Below, piece by piece: positions 47,021 through 56,203 of a DNA stretch of 64,000 bases (the stretch's first letter is position 1; the number at the start of each line of letters is the position of its first letter). Under the pieces are notes generated by a model. That model saw only the letters and a program-made list of their open reading frames with translations. It had not been told where the DNA came from and made no database searches. Both the position numbers and the translations under genes were made by a program. The DNA comes from an uncultured Candidatus Saccharibacteria bacterium (GTDB taxonomy: Bacteria > Patescibacteriota > Dojkabacteria > J137). The DNA is taken from NCBI GenBank assembly GCA_964437465.1, contig CAYTGI010000001.1, forward strand, positions 5,614-69,613, written 5' to 3'.

Positions 47021-47025
47021 AGGTA

Positions 47026-47376
47026 TTATTCTATAGTTACTTTTTCAATTATTTTCGAAACTATATACATAGTATTTTCATGAGTAAATGTTTGAAATTC
47101 AGTTTTAAGAATACTTTCACCACCATCTTTTCGATTAATCTTTAATTCTCTTTCTCCAGAATCGTTTACAATTCTATCTACTACTTCCTTTCTCTTTTCA
47201 AAAAAAGTTCCTTTTAGAAATTTTGTTGCTTGTTGACCTACTAACTCACTCTCTTCGTATCCACATAATTCCAAAAGTTTTGGACTTACCCATTGAAGTG
47301 TTACGTCAAACATGTCGACTATAAAGTCTGGGGAATCTGAAAGTTCTTTTGCTTTTGAGAGTAGGTCTTCTTTCAT
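47026..47376 (-). CDS. Stand-alone PAS-like domain protein
   Basis: PDFIVD...WVSP...ELCGYEESELVGQ and RKDG PAS/PAC pattern. Confidence 0.8.
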   Translation of the reverse strand: MKEDLLSKAKELSDSPDFIVDMFDVTLQWVSPKLLELCGYEESELVGQQATKFLKGTFFEKRKEVVDRIVNDSGERELKINRKDGGESILKTEFQTFTHENTMYIVSKIIEKVTIE

Positions 47377-47406
47377 ATGCGGCTTTTCAAGGAGTTAAAT
47401 TAATTA

Positions 47407-47480
47407 TGGAGCCGGAGGGAATCGAACCCACAACCTCATGAATGCCATCCATGCGCTCTAGCCAATTGAGCTACGGCCCC
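47407..47480 (-). tRNA. tRNA-Ala(GGC)
   Basis: GGGGCCG/CGGCTCC acceptor stem with G3:U70, TAGCTCAATTGG D-arm, GGC anticodon, GGTTCGATTCC T-arm; CCA not encoded. Confidence 0.95.
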
Positions 47481-47529
47481 TATTTGTAATTATACTCTAA
47501 CTTAATAAAAGGGTATAATTCAATGCTTT

Positions 47530-49299
47530 ATGAAAAATATAATTAGATTACTAAAAATTTCCAAACCATTAAATGGAATAATGTACTTCATTCTATTTCT
47601 TTCTATTTTTACTGGAATTTTAAGTCAGATAATACCTATTGTATCAAAAGTTGTTGTTGATGAGATTCAAAAGAATATCCAAACTGGTGAAGGGAATATA
47701 AACTACATGTTTATGTTTATTAGTATTGGCTTTGGATTAAGTATACTAAATGTGGCTTTAGGTTCAGTTTCTCAAAGAGTTGGAGATCATTTTGGTGGGG
47801 AGTTAAGAAGATTTTTAATCTCAAAATTTTATAATCATATCTTTAGATTGCCACAAAGTTATTTTGATACAGAAATCTCTGGGAAAATTGTTAATCAACT
47901 AAACAGGGGAATTGTTTCAGTTCAGGGGTTTATGAATGCTGCTTCGAATTTTATCTTTCCAAATATTCTGCTAAGTATTTTCACAATCATAACAATGTTT
48001 ATCTACAGTCATCCTGTAGCTATTTTTACAATAATACTTTTTCCAATTTATACATATCTAAGTTACTACTCATCTAAAAAATGGGGTGAAGAAGAAGTTA
48101 AGAAAAATAAACATGAAGATATAACAAGAGGAAGAATTCAGGAGGTTATTACGAATATGAAGCTGGTTAAAGGATATTCCAATCAATTAAATGAATATAA
48201 ATTTGTTGATAAGGAGCAGGCTACAGTAAATAAAATTTATGCAAAGCAAAGTAGGACATTCCATATCTTTGATTTTCTAAGAAACTTTAGTTTGGAGCTG
48301 ATTCTTTTAGGCATGAACGTAGTTATTTTCTACAACGCATTTCAAGGAAACTACACTTTTGGAGATGTTGTTTTATTAATGCAGCTAATTATGCAAATTA
48401 GGAGACCTCTTTTTGCAATGTCATTTATTCTTACACAGTTACAGCAAACTGAAGCTGGTACTAAAGAATTTTTTGAAATTTTAGATTTACCAGAGATTGA
48501 AAACTATGAAGACTTCAAAACTGATATAGAAGTTAAAGGAGCGTCTTTAGAGTTTAAAGATGTTTCTTTCCACTATGATCGATCTGATGAAACTGTATTA
48601 AAGAATCTAGATTTAAAAATTCAAAAAAATGAGAAAGTTGCATTAGTTGGGCATTCTGGAGCTGGTAAATCTACTCTGATTAACTTAATAATGAAGTTTT
48701 ACGATCCATCAGAAGGTGAGATTTTAATTGATAAGCATGAATACTCTAAATTATCTCATAACGAAGTTAGATCATTAATCTCCCTTGTTTTTCAAGAAAA
48801 TGAATTATTTTCTACAACAATTAGAGAGAATGTTGCGTATGGAATGGAAGTAAAGGATGAGGAAATAATTAAAGCTTTGAAGGCAGCTAATGCATGGGAC
48901 TTTGTAAAGAAGTTTAAGAAAAAATTGAAAACTGAGGTGGGTGAAAGAGGAGTTAGACTTTCTGGAGGACAGAAACAAAGAATTCAAATTGCTAGAGCTC
49001 TTTTACACGATAGTCCTATTGTTATTTTAGATGAGGCAACAAGCAACTTGGATTCTAAATCTGAGAACGAAGTTCAAAATGCTATGGAAGTATTAATGAA
49101 GGATAGGATTGTAATCATTATTGCTCATAGATTTTCAACTATTCAGAATGTAGATAAAATCATTGTACTTAGCGGAGGTGAAATTGTAGACTCAGGTACT
49201 CCAAAAGACTTGTCGAAGAAAGATGGTATATATCGAGATTTATTAAAATATCAGATAGAAGGAGATAAAAAACTGTTAGAGAATTTTGAATTATTTTAA
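47530..49299 (+). CDS. ABC exporter, fused permease/ATPase (MsbA/Sav1866-like)
   Basis: N-terminal TMD, GHSGAGKST, LSGGQKQR, ILDEATS and IAHR motifs. Confidence 0.95.
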   Translation: MKNIIRLLKISKPLNGIMYFILFLSIFTGILSQIIPIVSKVVVDEIQKNIQTGEGNINYMFMFISIGFGLSILNVALGSVSQRVGDHFGGELRRFLISKFYNHIFRLPQSYFDTEISGKIVNQLNRGIVSVQGFMNAASNFIFPNILLSIFTIITMFIYSHPVAIFTIILFPIYTYLSYYSSKKWGEEEVKKNKHEDITRGRIQEVITNMKLVKGYSNQLNEYKFVDKEQATVNKIYAKQSRTFHIFDFLRNFSLELILLGMNVVIFYNAFQGNYTFGDVVLLMQLIMQIRRPLFAMSFILTQLQQTEAGTKEFFEILDLPEIENYEDFKTDIEVKGASLEFKDVSFHYDRSDETVLKNLDLKIQKNEKVALVGHSGAGKSTLINLIMKFYDPSEGEILIDKHEYSKLSHNEVRSLISLVFQENELFSTTIRENVAYGMEVKDEEIIKALKAANAWDFVKKFKKKLKTEVGERGVRLSGGQKQRIQIARALLHDSPIVILDEATSNLDSKSENEVQNAMEVLMKDRIVIIIAHRFSTIQNVDKIIVLSGGEIVDSGTPKDLSKKDGIYRDLLKYQIEGDKKLLENFELF

Positions 49300-49607
49300 T
49301 GTCTAAAAAATACGAAAAAGACTCGAAAACTAGCTTCATAACTAACCAATTCATCCCTCAAAATGAATTAGACTTTCATATATATCCTAAGCTAGATCAT
49401 GTTGAAGTAGAAAAATTACTTAATGAATTTTTGGAAGATAACCAACTGATTGGAAATAAATTTCTTTTGGTAATTACAGGTAAGGGAAAATTAGTTCGCC
49501 CAACAGTCAGGAAAATACTTGGAAAACATCCTTTAGTAGAAAGTTTTAAAGTAGCTGGATACTTTAACGGTCAAGATGGTGCTTTTGAAATAATTGTTAA
49601 GGATTAA
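49299..49607 (+). CDS. Smr/MutS2 C-terminal domain protein
   Basis: LDFH, VITGKG and GQDGA motifs. Confidence 0.8.
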   Translation: MSKKYEKDSKTSFITNQFIPQNELDFHIYPKLDHVEVEKLLNEFLEDNQLIGNKFLLVITGKGKLVRPTVRKILGKHPLVESFKVAGYFNGQDGAFEIIVKD

Positions 49608-49610
49608 GTT

Positions 49611-50504
49611 ATGAGTGATATGGAAAAGGGTGATGATGACCCCAGGCTAACAACCAATGAAATGGTTGCTGTATATGTAGATCCTATTTACAGTTTGGCG
49701 ACTAATATTAACGATTCTAGAGAAAGAATTATTAGTGCAAGAACCGAAACTCCTGACAATATTCCAGATATTGTAATTGAACAATCTTCTAGTGCAGCAC
49801 TACATTCTGAATCAAACTCTTGTTTAATTACAATGAACCCATCACTTCAACAGTTAATATTAGATAAGTCATTGCAATCTAAAGCTGAAATTCAAAATGC
49901 AGCTAAGATTATTCCATATATTGTTGACTCAACAATGATTGTAATGAAAATTCTTGATGATATACACATAACTTTAAGATCTCATTCTGGTAAATCTGAT
50001 ATTCCTGAAATAATTCTTGATTATGTTATGAGTACTGATCAGTTAACAGAGAGAATAAAAATGGCAAGTATATCTAGCGAACAAGAAATTGAATTTTTTA
50101 CTTTAGCACAGCTTAACCAAACAATGCGAGATGAGTTTTTATACAACATAGCAAGTGCTATTTATAGTGCTTCTCATCAAAACCCCAATGAAACACCAAA
50201 GGTTAAGCTTCTTAGAAGAGCATCAGCAGGGTTATTTGGGTTAGGAGTTGCTAGGCTGGCTTACACGAGAGGCAGAAGAGAAGTGGATGATGAAAACTGG
50301 AAAAGAGTACAGAAACGAATTCTTAGATCTAGAGTTAGAATGCTACAAGACCTAGATATTTTAGATACAATGATAACCTTAAAGATCAATAATGGAAATC
50401 CAAATATGATAGCCAGCAATGATGAAATAAAAGATCTATTAATGAAGATGGCGTCATGTAATCCTATAATTGCCATGGATAAAATTCTTTTTGGAGAATT
50501 CTAA
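49611..50504 (+). CDS. Hypothetical protein (divergent paralog of 50600-51472)
   Basis: Shares P.L.T.E..AV..DPI..L with the next ORF. Confidence 0.7.
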   Translation: MSDMEKGDDDPRLTTNEMVAVYVDPIYSLATNINDSRERIISARTETPDNIPDIVIEQSSSAALHSESNSCLITMNPSLQQLILDKSLQSKAEIQNAAKIIPYIVDSTMIVMKILDDIHITLRSHSGKSDIPEIILDYVMSTDQLTERIKMASISSEQEIEFFTLAQLNQTMRDEFLYNIASAIYSASHQNPNETPKVKLLRRASAGLFGLGVARLAYTRGRREVDDENWKRVQKRILRSRVRMLQDLDILDTMITLKINNGNPNMIASNDEIKDLLMKMASCNPIIAMDKILFGEF

Positions 50505-50538
50505 CAGTATAAAAAATGTTTTTTTAACCTAAGAAAAT

Positions 50539-50568
50539 TTGACATTTTTATCTCTGGTAAAATATATT
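50539..50568 (+). promoter_or_regulatory. Candidate sigma70 promoter
   Basis: TTGACA, 18 nt, TATATT upstream of ATG 50600. Confidence 0.45.
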
Positions 50569-50599
50569 GTTGAGATAGAAAATTTGTTACTATTTTATA

Positions 50600-51472
50600 A
50601 TGTCAGATGAACCCCAGATCGATGAGGATCAGCCTCACTTACATACTCTAGAACTAGCTGCAGTTCATAAAGATCCAATAGAAGCATTAAAAGAAGGTGG
50701 GAAAGTGATATTAGATTCAAGAAAATACAATCTAAGTGTTCGTTTACAAATAGATAGTACTGTTATTGTTAAGTTTGAGGAACTTGCTGATCTCTATGGT
50801 TCAACTACTGATGTTGAACTTGAGAAATTTTATGCCTATTTAATATCCTGCACATATGATCTAATGGATATTTTTGGAGAAACAGGATTTACTGTAGAAA
50901 GAGATCATCCACTGAGAATACATTTATTTTTTGGTGGATCAACTACGGGCGAATTAGATAAGAAATTACTTCATAGAAGGAAAATAACTGATATCGTTCT
51001 TATGAGAGCAGAAGTTGAAAATCTTAAACCATTCCCTCTAATGTTTAAGCTTGCAAGAAGTCTTTACATGTCTAATCAGATAAAGCTTGCAGAAGATAAA
51101 GCTGAAGAAAAGGATGAAAGGCCTCCTGCAATTCACTTTTCTAATTATGTTCTTGATATTATTGCTCTGTTAGCTTGTAAAGCAAAATTCTTTGAGTTTG
51201 AGTTAAGAGATATTCCAAGATATAAACTAACACCGAGAACTTGGGATAGATTGAAAAGTGAACTTCTTGGTAATCCTACAAGGACTGAGTCTGGAGAGGA
51301 TTATACAAACCCTTTATTAAATTATGTCTTTAGTCATCTTGATAAATTACCTTATAATGAGTTTATGGGATTCTTTAGAAATATTGTAAATAAAGATCCT
51401 GAATATCTCTTTAAACTATTTATCAGCAAAAAATCTAGTGATAACCGAAGACCTAAGACCGAAGAATCTTGA
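50600..51472 (+). CDS. Hypothetical protein (divergent paralog of 49611-50504)
   Basis: Similar length and collinear motifs with the previous ORF. Confidence 0.7.
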   Translation: MSDEPQIDEDQPHLHTLELAAVHKDPIEALKEGGKVILDSRKYNLSVRLQIDSTVIVKFEELADLYGSTTDVELEKFYAYLISCTYDLMDIFGETGFTVERDHPLRIHLFFGGSTTGELDKKLLHRRKITDIVLMRAEVENLKPFPLMFKLARSLYMSNQIKLAEDKAEEKDERPPAIHFSNYVLDIIALLACKAKFFEFELRDIPRYKLTPRTWDRLKSELLGNPTRTESGEDYTNPLLNYVFSHLDKLPYNEFMGFFRNIVNKDPEYLFKLFISKKSSDNRRPKTEES

Positions 51473-52631
51473 TGAATTCGTAGGTCAAAAACACATTCTA
51501 GGAAAAAATAAACCACTTCGAAAGTTAATTGAAAGTGGAAATATCTCTTCAATGATTTTCTGGGGGCCTCCAGGTTGCGGTAAAACTACTCTTGCAAGAT
51601 TAATTCCTATCTATACAAAAGCTCATTTTGAACCTTTCTCGGCTGTAACTGGAAATTTGGCTGAAGTAAGAAAAATTATAAAAGCGGCTGAAGATAGAAA
51701 GTTAGAGGAGGGTAGAGAGACAATTTTATTTGTTGATGAAATTCATAGATTTAATAAAGCTAGGCAAGATGCTTTTCTTCCATATGTAGAAAATGGAACA
51801 ATAATTCTTATTGGAGCTACAACGGAAAATCCTGGTTTTGAAGTAAATGCTCCTTTAATCTCTAGAAGTAGAGTATTTAGATTTGAGAAACTAAGCGATA
51901 CAGAATGCTTAGAAATTTTCAACAACACTGTTAAAGAGTTTAAAAAGCTTTCATTTGAGAAAGATGCTATTGATTTTTTAGTAGCTTTTTCAGACGGCGA
52001 TGCTAGAAAGATTATAAATTCAATTGAGTTTGCATCAAAAGTTAAAAAAAAGATCAAGCTTAAGGATATAAAAGAAATATTACAAGCAAAGTTCGGAGTT
52101 TATGACAAGGGAGGTGATGCCCACTACGATACAATTTCAGCCTTCATAAAATCAATGCGTGGAAGTAAACCTGATGCAACACTTCATTATTTAGCTAGGA
52201 TGATTGAGGCTGGTGAAGATCCAATGTTTATTGCAAGAAGAATGGTTATATTTGCTAGTGAAGATATTGGCAATGCTAAACCTACAGCCCTTGTTGTTGC
52301 AACATCAACAATGCAAGCAGTAAGTATGATTGGGATGCCTGAAGCAAAGTTAACCTTAGCCCAGTGCGCTACCTATTTAGCTTCTTGCCCAAAGTCTATA
52401 GCGGTAACAGTTGGGATAGGAAAAGCTATTTCTGATTTAAAAAGTATGTCTTTAGATCCGATTCCGTTACACTTGAGAAATCCTGCTAACAAAGTTATGA
52501 AAGAACATAATTACGGGAAAGGTCATATAAGATATCCATGGTTAGAGGGAGATACTGAACAAGAATATATGCCAAAAAATTTAGTAGGTAAAAAATACTA
52601 TGAATTTAATAACTTTTCTGAAAAGATATAA
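51438..52631 (+). CDS. rarA: Replication-associated recombination protein A (RarA/MgsA)
   Basis: LRP...[40 protein letters not shown] and ASEDIG.A motifs. Confidence 0.96.
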   Translation: MITEDLRPKNLDEFVGQKHILGKNKPLRKLIESGNISSMIFWGPPGCGKTTLARLIPIYTKAHFEPFSAVTGNLAEVRKIIKAAEDRKLEEGRETILFVDEIHRFNKARQDAFLPYVENGTIILIGATTENPGFEVNAPLISRSRVFRFEKLSDTECLEIFNNTVKEFKKLSFEKDAIDFLVAFSDGDARKIINSIEFASKVKKKIKLKDIKEILQAKFGVYDKGGDAHYDTISAFIKSMRGSKPDATLHYLARMIEAGEDPMFIARRMVIFASEDIGNAKPTALVVATSTMQAVSMIGMPEAKLTLAQCATYLASCPKSIAVTVGIGKAISDLKSMSLDPIPLHLRNPANKVMKEHNYGKGHIRYPWLEGDTEQEYMPKNLVGKKYYEFNNFSEKI

Positions 52632-52633
52632 TT

Positions 52634-52909
52634 ATGGAGATAATAGATATTTTTGGTAGCATAGGAGCAATAATTGCATTAATAGCATTTATTCTTATTC
52701 AAACTGATAGATTAAAAAATTCTGATTTTACGTATGATTTTTTAAATTTTTTATCAGGTTTTATATTGGCAATTTATGCTTATATAATCGCTTCCCTACC
52801 ATTCCTTATAATTAATTTGGTTTGGGCATCGTTTTCTCTCTTTGATCTTATTTTCAAAGATAGAAAGTCTTCATTTAAGAACGAGTTGAAGTCTTTCTTG
52901 AAAAAATAA
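52634..52909 (+). CDS. Small three-TM membrane protein (CBU_0592-like)
   Basis: G.IG......AF...Q, Y..LN..G and PF..IN.VW pattern. Confidence 0.65.
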   Translation: MEIIDIFGSIGAIIALIAFILIQTDRLKNSDFTYDFLNFLSGFILAIYAYIIASLPFLIINLVWASFSLFDLIFKDRKSSFKNELKSFLKK

Positions 52910-52910
52910 C

Positions 52911-53876
52911 TTATTCTTTTTCAATCCGATCTCCTAGATTTCTAAATATTGTTGTTTCGGATTCAAGTACATATGCACTATCATTAATTTGGACAAGTAG
53001 CTTACTGAAATCTGGAGTAGTAATTTCTAAAGTGTTACTTGCAGTAATATCTATCGGTTCACCTGGAATAAATCCACCTTCAAATCTAACTATTCCGTCT
53101 GACTTAACAACTAAATTACTAACTGAAAGGTCTGTTGAGATAAATGCATTGAAAAAATCAATTTTTTCTTCAGGTTTATAAAGTGTAAAGTTCATCTCAG
53201 TTTTAGATCCTAGAGAGTTTTCTGAAACTATATTAAAACTTGTTTCAAGTTCTGTTGTTGGAAATGATTCGGTTGTAAATGTGTAATCAGAATTAAGAGT
53301 GATAGGAATTGAGTTTACTAATATAGAGCTTCCTTGTTCAACTGATCCTTTAAAAATAATTTCATCTGACTCGTAAGCAATTCTTCCTTCGTATTCACCC
53401 TCTATCTCAAACGGTTCAAAAATATTTAACTCAGGCTTACTGAAAGTTCTTCGAAGAATATTAGTAACAAGTATTCCAACAAATACTAAAACTAAAATTG
53501 AAGACAGAATAACTACATGTTTCTTTGTAACAACAACTTTAGGAAGTTTAATTTTATTTTTTTCAATTTTTTCTTCTATCTGTTCCTCATCATCAAACTC
53601 TATCTTTCTCTTCATATCAATATTTTCATAATCTCTTCTATAAAGTGCTACAATCATCTCATGATTTAACCCAAGAAATTTTGAATAGTTTTTTAAAAAT
53701 CCTTTTGCTTGTACTGCTGAGCTAAATGCTTGGAATCGATTTGATTCAATTATTGAAAGATATTTTTTCTTTATTTTTAACTCTTTTTCAACTGTTTCAA
53801 GGCTTAATCCTAGAGAGGATCTCTTATCTTTTAGAATGTCTCCAACTGTTTGGTTATTTATTTTTCTAGAATGCAT
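52911..53876 (-). CDS. RodZ-like HTH membrane protein
   Basis: VG..LK..R...GLSL.......KI...YL..IE, KGFLKNY..FLGL, single TM segment, extracellular domain. Confidence 0.85.
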   Translation of the reverse strand: MHSRKINNQTVGDILKDKRSSLGLSLETVEKELKIKKKYLSIIESNRFQAFSSAVQAKGFLKNYSKFLGLNHEMIVALYRRDYENIDMKRKIEFDDEEQIEEKIEKNKIKLPKVVVTKKHVVILSSILVLVFVGILVTNILRRTFSKPELNIFEPFEIEGEYEGRIAYESDEIIFKGSVEQGSSILVNSIPITLNSDYTFTTESFPTTELETSFNIVSENSLGSKTEMNFTLYKPEEKIDFFNAFISTDLSVSNLVVKSDGIVRFEGGFIPGEPIDITASNTLEITTPDFSKLLVQINDSAYVLESETTIFRNLGDRIEKE

Positions 53877-53882
53877 GCTTAA

Positions 53883-54176
53883 TTATATCTCATTAGAAAC
53901 TTCTTCTCCTTCACACCTCCTATTCCAGTAATATTCTGGATTTGTTAAAAGATCATTTTCGATACACTCAACATATTCTCTTGAAATTTCATTATTTAAA
54001 ATTCTAGTTTCGATGATGTTTCTAGCTACATGTCCTATAAACTTACTAATCTGATCTGGCTTTGAATACGTATAGTTAAAGTTAGCATGCCATAGTAATG
54101 TTTCAATAGAAGATTTTTCTAGTGTTTTATGAATTTTGTAGAAATCTATTCCATCTCTAGAGCTGAACCATTCCAT
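53883..54176 (-). CDS. Hypothetical protein
   Basis: 97-aa ORF in operon-like spacing. Confidence 0.55.
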   Translation of the reverse strand: MEWFSSRDGIDFYKIHKTLEKSSIETLLWHANFNYTYSKPDQISKFIGHVARNIIETRILNNEISREYVECIENDLLTNPEYYWNRRCEGEEVSNEI

Positions 54177-54184
54177 ACAATTTT

Positions 54185-55009
54185 TTAAACATAGGGATTA
54201 TATCCTCTTATGTACTCAAAAAGAAGTTGTCCGGCATATGAAGTATGTTCGCCAAATCTACTTGAAAACCAGTCACGCTTCTCTTCATATTTTTTTAGAT
54301 TCTTTATGTCGTATAGATCTTCTATTATTCTTTCAGACCAACGATCTATAGGAGTTAAATTTTTAAATCCTAGTGAGAAAGTCATTACACAATCTGCTAT
54401 TTTATTTCCAATTCCATGAACACTTTTTAAAGAGTCCAATGTTCTAGGGTAATCATCTGTAATTATTAAAGATTCAAATTTTTTAGCTAAATCTTTTAAA
54501 TATTTTGTTCGATATCCTGTACCGGATTTAGAAATTTCATTGATACTTGCTTTATTAAAATATTCAATGTTTGGAAATAAATAATAGTTTTTACCATCAA
54601 TCTTTATTCTTCTATTCTGTTGAAATTTAAGAATATCTAAAGACTTTCTTATCGCTTTTATATTTTTATTCGAGGCAAGAATAAAGGAAATAATTGTTTC
54701 CTCAAATGGTTGATTTAAAACTCTTATTCCGTTGTACTTTTTATAAGCATTAACTACATGGTTGTCAGTGTTAAATTTATTAACAAAAGCACCTTCATTA
54801 ACTTCTACTCCAAAGTATTTCTTAATGAATTCATAATTATCCTTTTCAGGGTAAGTTTGCCAATACCAATCGCTATTAACCTGTTCAAGAATAACAATCT
54901 TATCAATGAAGCTCCCTATAATTTTTTTCTCGGTTTTTTTCCAAAGAAATGTTTGACCACTAAGAAGTGTTATTATTGGGTCTATTTGTTTTATATCTAA
55001 TTTATTCAC
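54185..55009 (-). CDS. 8-oxoguanine DNA glycosylase (Ogg, HhH-GPD family)
   Basis: TL.SGQ.F.W, GIRVL.Q, E.IISFI..SN.NI, GYR.KY, GIG.KIADC and P.D motifs. Confidence 0.88.
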   Translation of the reverse strand: MNKLDIKQIDPIITLLSGQTFLWKKTEKKIIGSFIDKIVILEQVNSDWYWQTYPEKDNYEFIKKYFGVEVNEGAFVNKFNTDNHVVNAYKKYNGIRVLNQPFEETIISFILASNKNIKAIRKSLDILKFQQNRRIKIDGKNYYLFPNIEYFNKASINEISKSGTGYRTKYLKDLAKKFESLIITDDYPRTLDSLKSVHGIGNKIADCVMTFSLGFKNLTPIDRWSERIIEDLYDIKNLKKYEEKRDWFSSRFGEHTSYAGQLLFEYIRGYNPYV

Positions 55010-55019
55010 AAATAATTAT

Positions 55020-55445
55020 ATGACAGATTCACTAGATGAAGAAACTTTAGATATTTCTAAGGATTCAGCTATCTTATATTCTGAAATATTTGGAGAAGGA
55101 GAATATGAAGATGGGAAAACATTAGCTTTACATGCAGTAAACTTACTAAAAAGTAGAAGTGGAAGATATGAAAACATAAATTCAGAATTAAGGACTGAAT
55201 TGATTATTAAAATAGGATTACTTTCTGAAATGATGGATTTTGGAGATAATAGAGCTGAAACAGTCAGACAAGGATTCATTTCTTATCTACTTAGTCTTGA
55301 GAAAGATTCACTATCAGACTACGCTCCTCACGCTGCAATTGAGTATATAACTATTTTTATTGATAGTAAATTTTTAAAGAAACTGCCTAAATTCTTGAGA
55401 GATTCTCGAACAGGTGTATTGAATTTAATCGAATTTGAAAGTTAG
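55020..55445 (+). CDS. Hypothetical protein, acidic N-terminus
   Basis: 141-aa ORF starting MTDSLDEE. Confidence 0.6.
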   Translation: MTDSLDEETLDISKDSAILYSEIFGEGEYEDGKTLALHAVNLLKSRSGRYENINSELRTELIIKIGLLSEMMDFGDNRAETVRQGFISYLLSLEKDSLSDYAPHAAIEYITIFIDSKFLKKLPKFLRDSRTGVLNLIEFES

Positions 55446-55504
55446 TTGGTTATTTTAAAAAGAAAGATATTTAACTATAAATGATTTGGTTTAAAGTTTA
55501 TGAA

Positions 55505-55691
55505 GGAGAGATGGCCGCTAAAGAGATTACATCAGAGCGAAGCGATGATAGTAAGATCTTTGTCCTGCGAAGCTAGTAAAGTAGGAAGTGGTTTAAGGTG
55601 CATCGCCTCTAACATGCTCCCGATTATATCGGGGCGCAGGTTCGCCACAGACATGTGTCGTGTCGCCATGATGAATATCATGGTGAATCCT
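55505..55691 (+). pseudogene. Degenerate tRNA-Ser duplicate interrupted by two hairpin inserts
   Basis: GGAGAGATGGCCG [69 nt] AGTGGTTTAAGGTGCATCG ... GCAGGTTCG [41 nt] AATCCT is collinear with the tRNA at 55956. The 3' acceptor strand is missing. Confidence 0.85.
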
Positions 55692-55700
55692 ATAACAACA

Positions 55701-55954
55701 ATGTACTATATTTAGCTACTAAGACAAAGAATAAGCAAATCTACACTGGTTATACTTCTAATTTAAGAAGGAGAGTAAAAGAACATAAATCTGTCTAAGT
55801 AAAGTTTACAAGTAAAAGATTACCAGTTGAACTTATTCATTACTAAGCCTATCTACTAGAGACAGATGCAAGAAGAAGAGAAAAATATCTCAAATCAACA
55901 GAAGGAAAGAAGATGCTAAAATTACAAATAAGAGACTTACTCCAAGAAATTTGA
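55701..55954 (+). pseudogene. GIY-YIG nuclease (small UPF0213-like), decayed
   Basis: MYYI*LL / KTKNKQIYTGYTSNLRRRVKEH..*.KFTSKRLPVELIHY*AY....ARRREKYLKS; three stops and one frameshift. Confidence 0.9.
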
Positions 55955-55955
55955 A

Positions 55956-56042
55956 GGAGAGGTGGCCGAGTGGTTTAAGGCGCATCGTTGGAAACGATGT
56001 TTATGTTTATTCATAACGCAGGTTCGAATCCTGTCCTCTCCG
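55956..56042 (+). tRNA. tRNA-Ser(GGA)
   Basis: GGAGAGG/CCTCTCC acceptor stem, G73, CATCG-TTGGAAA-CGATG anticodon arm, long variable arm, GGTTCGAATCC; CCA not encoded. Confidence 0.96.
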
Positions 56043-56043
56043 T

Positions 56044-56203
56044 ATCTTTTAAATTTGAATCTTTAGATTCAAATTTGGAAGATGGAGATAGAAATGGTTT
56101 GATCTCACGAAGTGAGTTCGGTGCGAAGCACTGCGCAAATGAACGAAGTGAATGCGCTTACATCCTGTCCTCTTCGCCAGACTTCGCTAAAGCTTCGTCT
56201 GGC
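56044..56203 (+). repeat. Hairpin-rich trailer with a second copy of the tRNA-Ser 3' end
   Basis: About 19-bp stem at 56044-56083; GAA-loop hairpins at 56104-56116 and 56121-56131; ATCCTGTCCTCTTCG-CCA at 56162-56179 (14/15 match to 56028-56042); GCCAGAC...GTCTGGC at 56176-56203. Confidence 0.8.

Noticed and set aside
41392-47480. Genomic island or prophage integrated at tRNA-Ala
   Set aside because: umuDC and orphans are suggestive, but I found no integrase, phage genes or duplicated tRNA 3' end.
55505-55691. Functional intron-containing tRNA
   Set aside because: Removing both inserts still leaves a defective anticodon stem and no 3' acceptor strand.
55500-55715. 71-aa ORF from the ORF track
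   Set aside because: It overlies the interrupted tRNA copy and its hairpins, with no protein motif.
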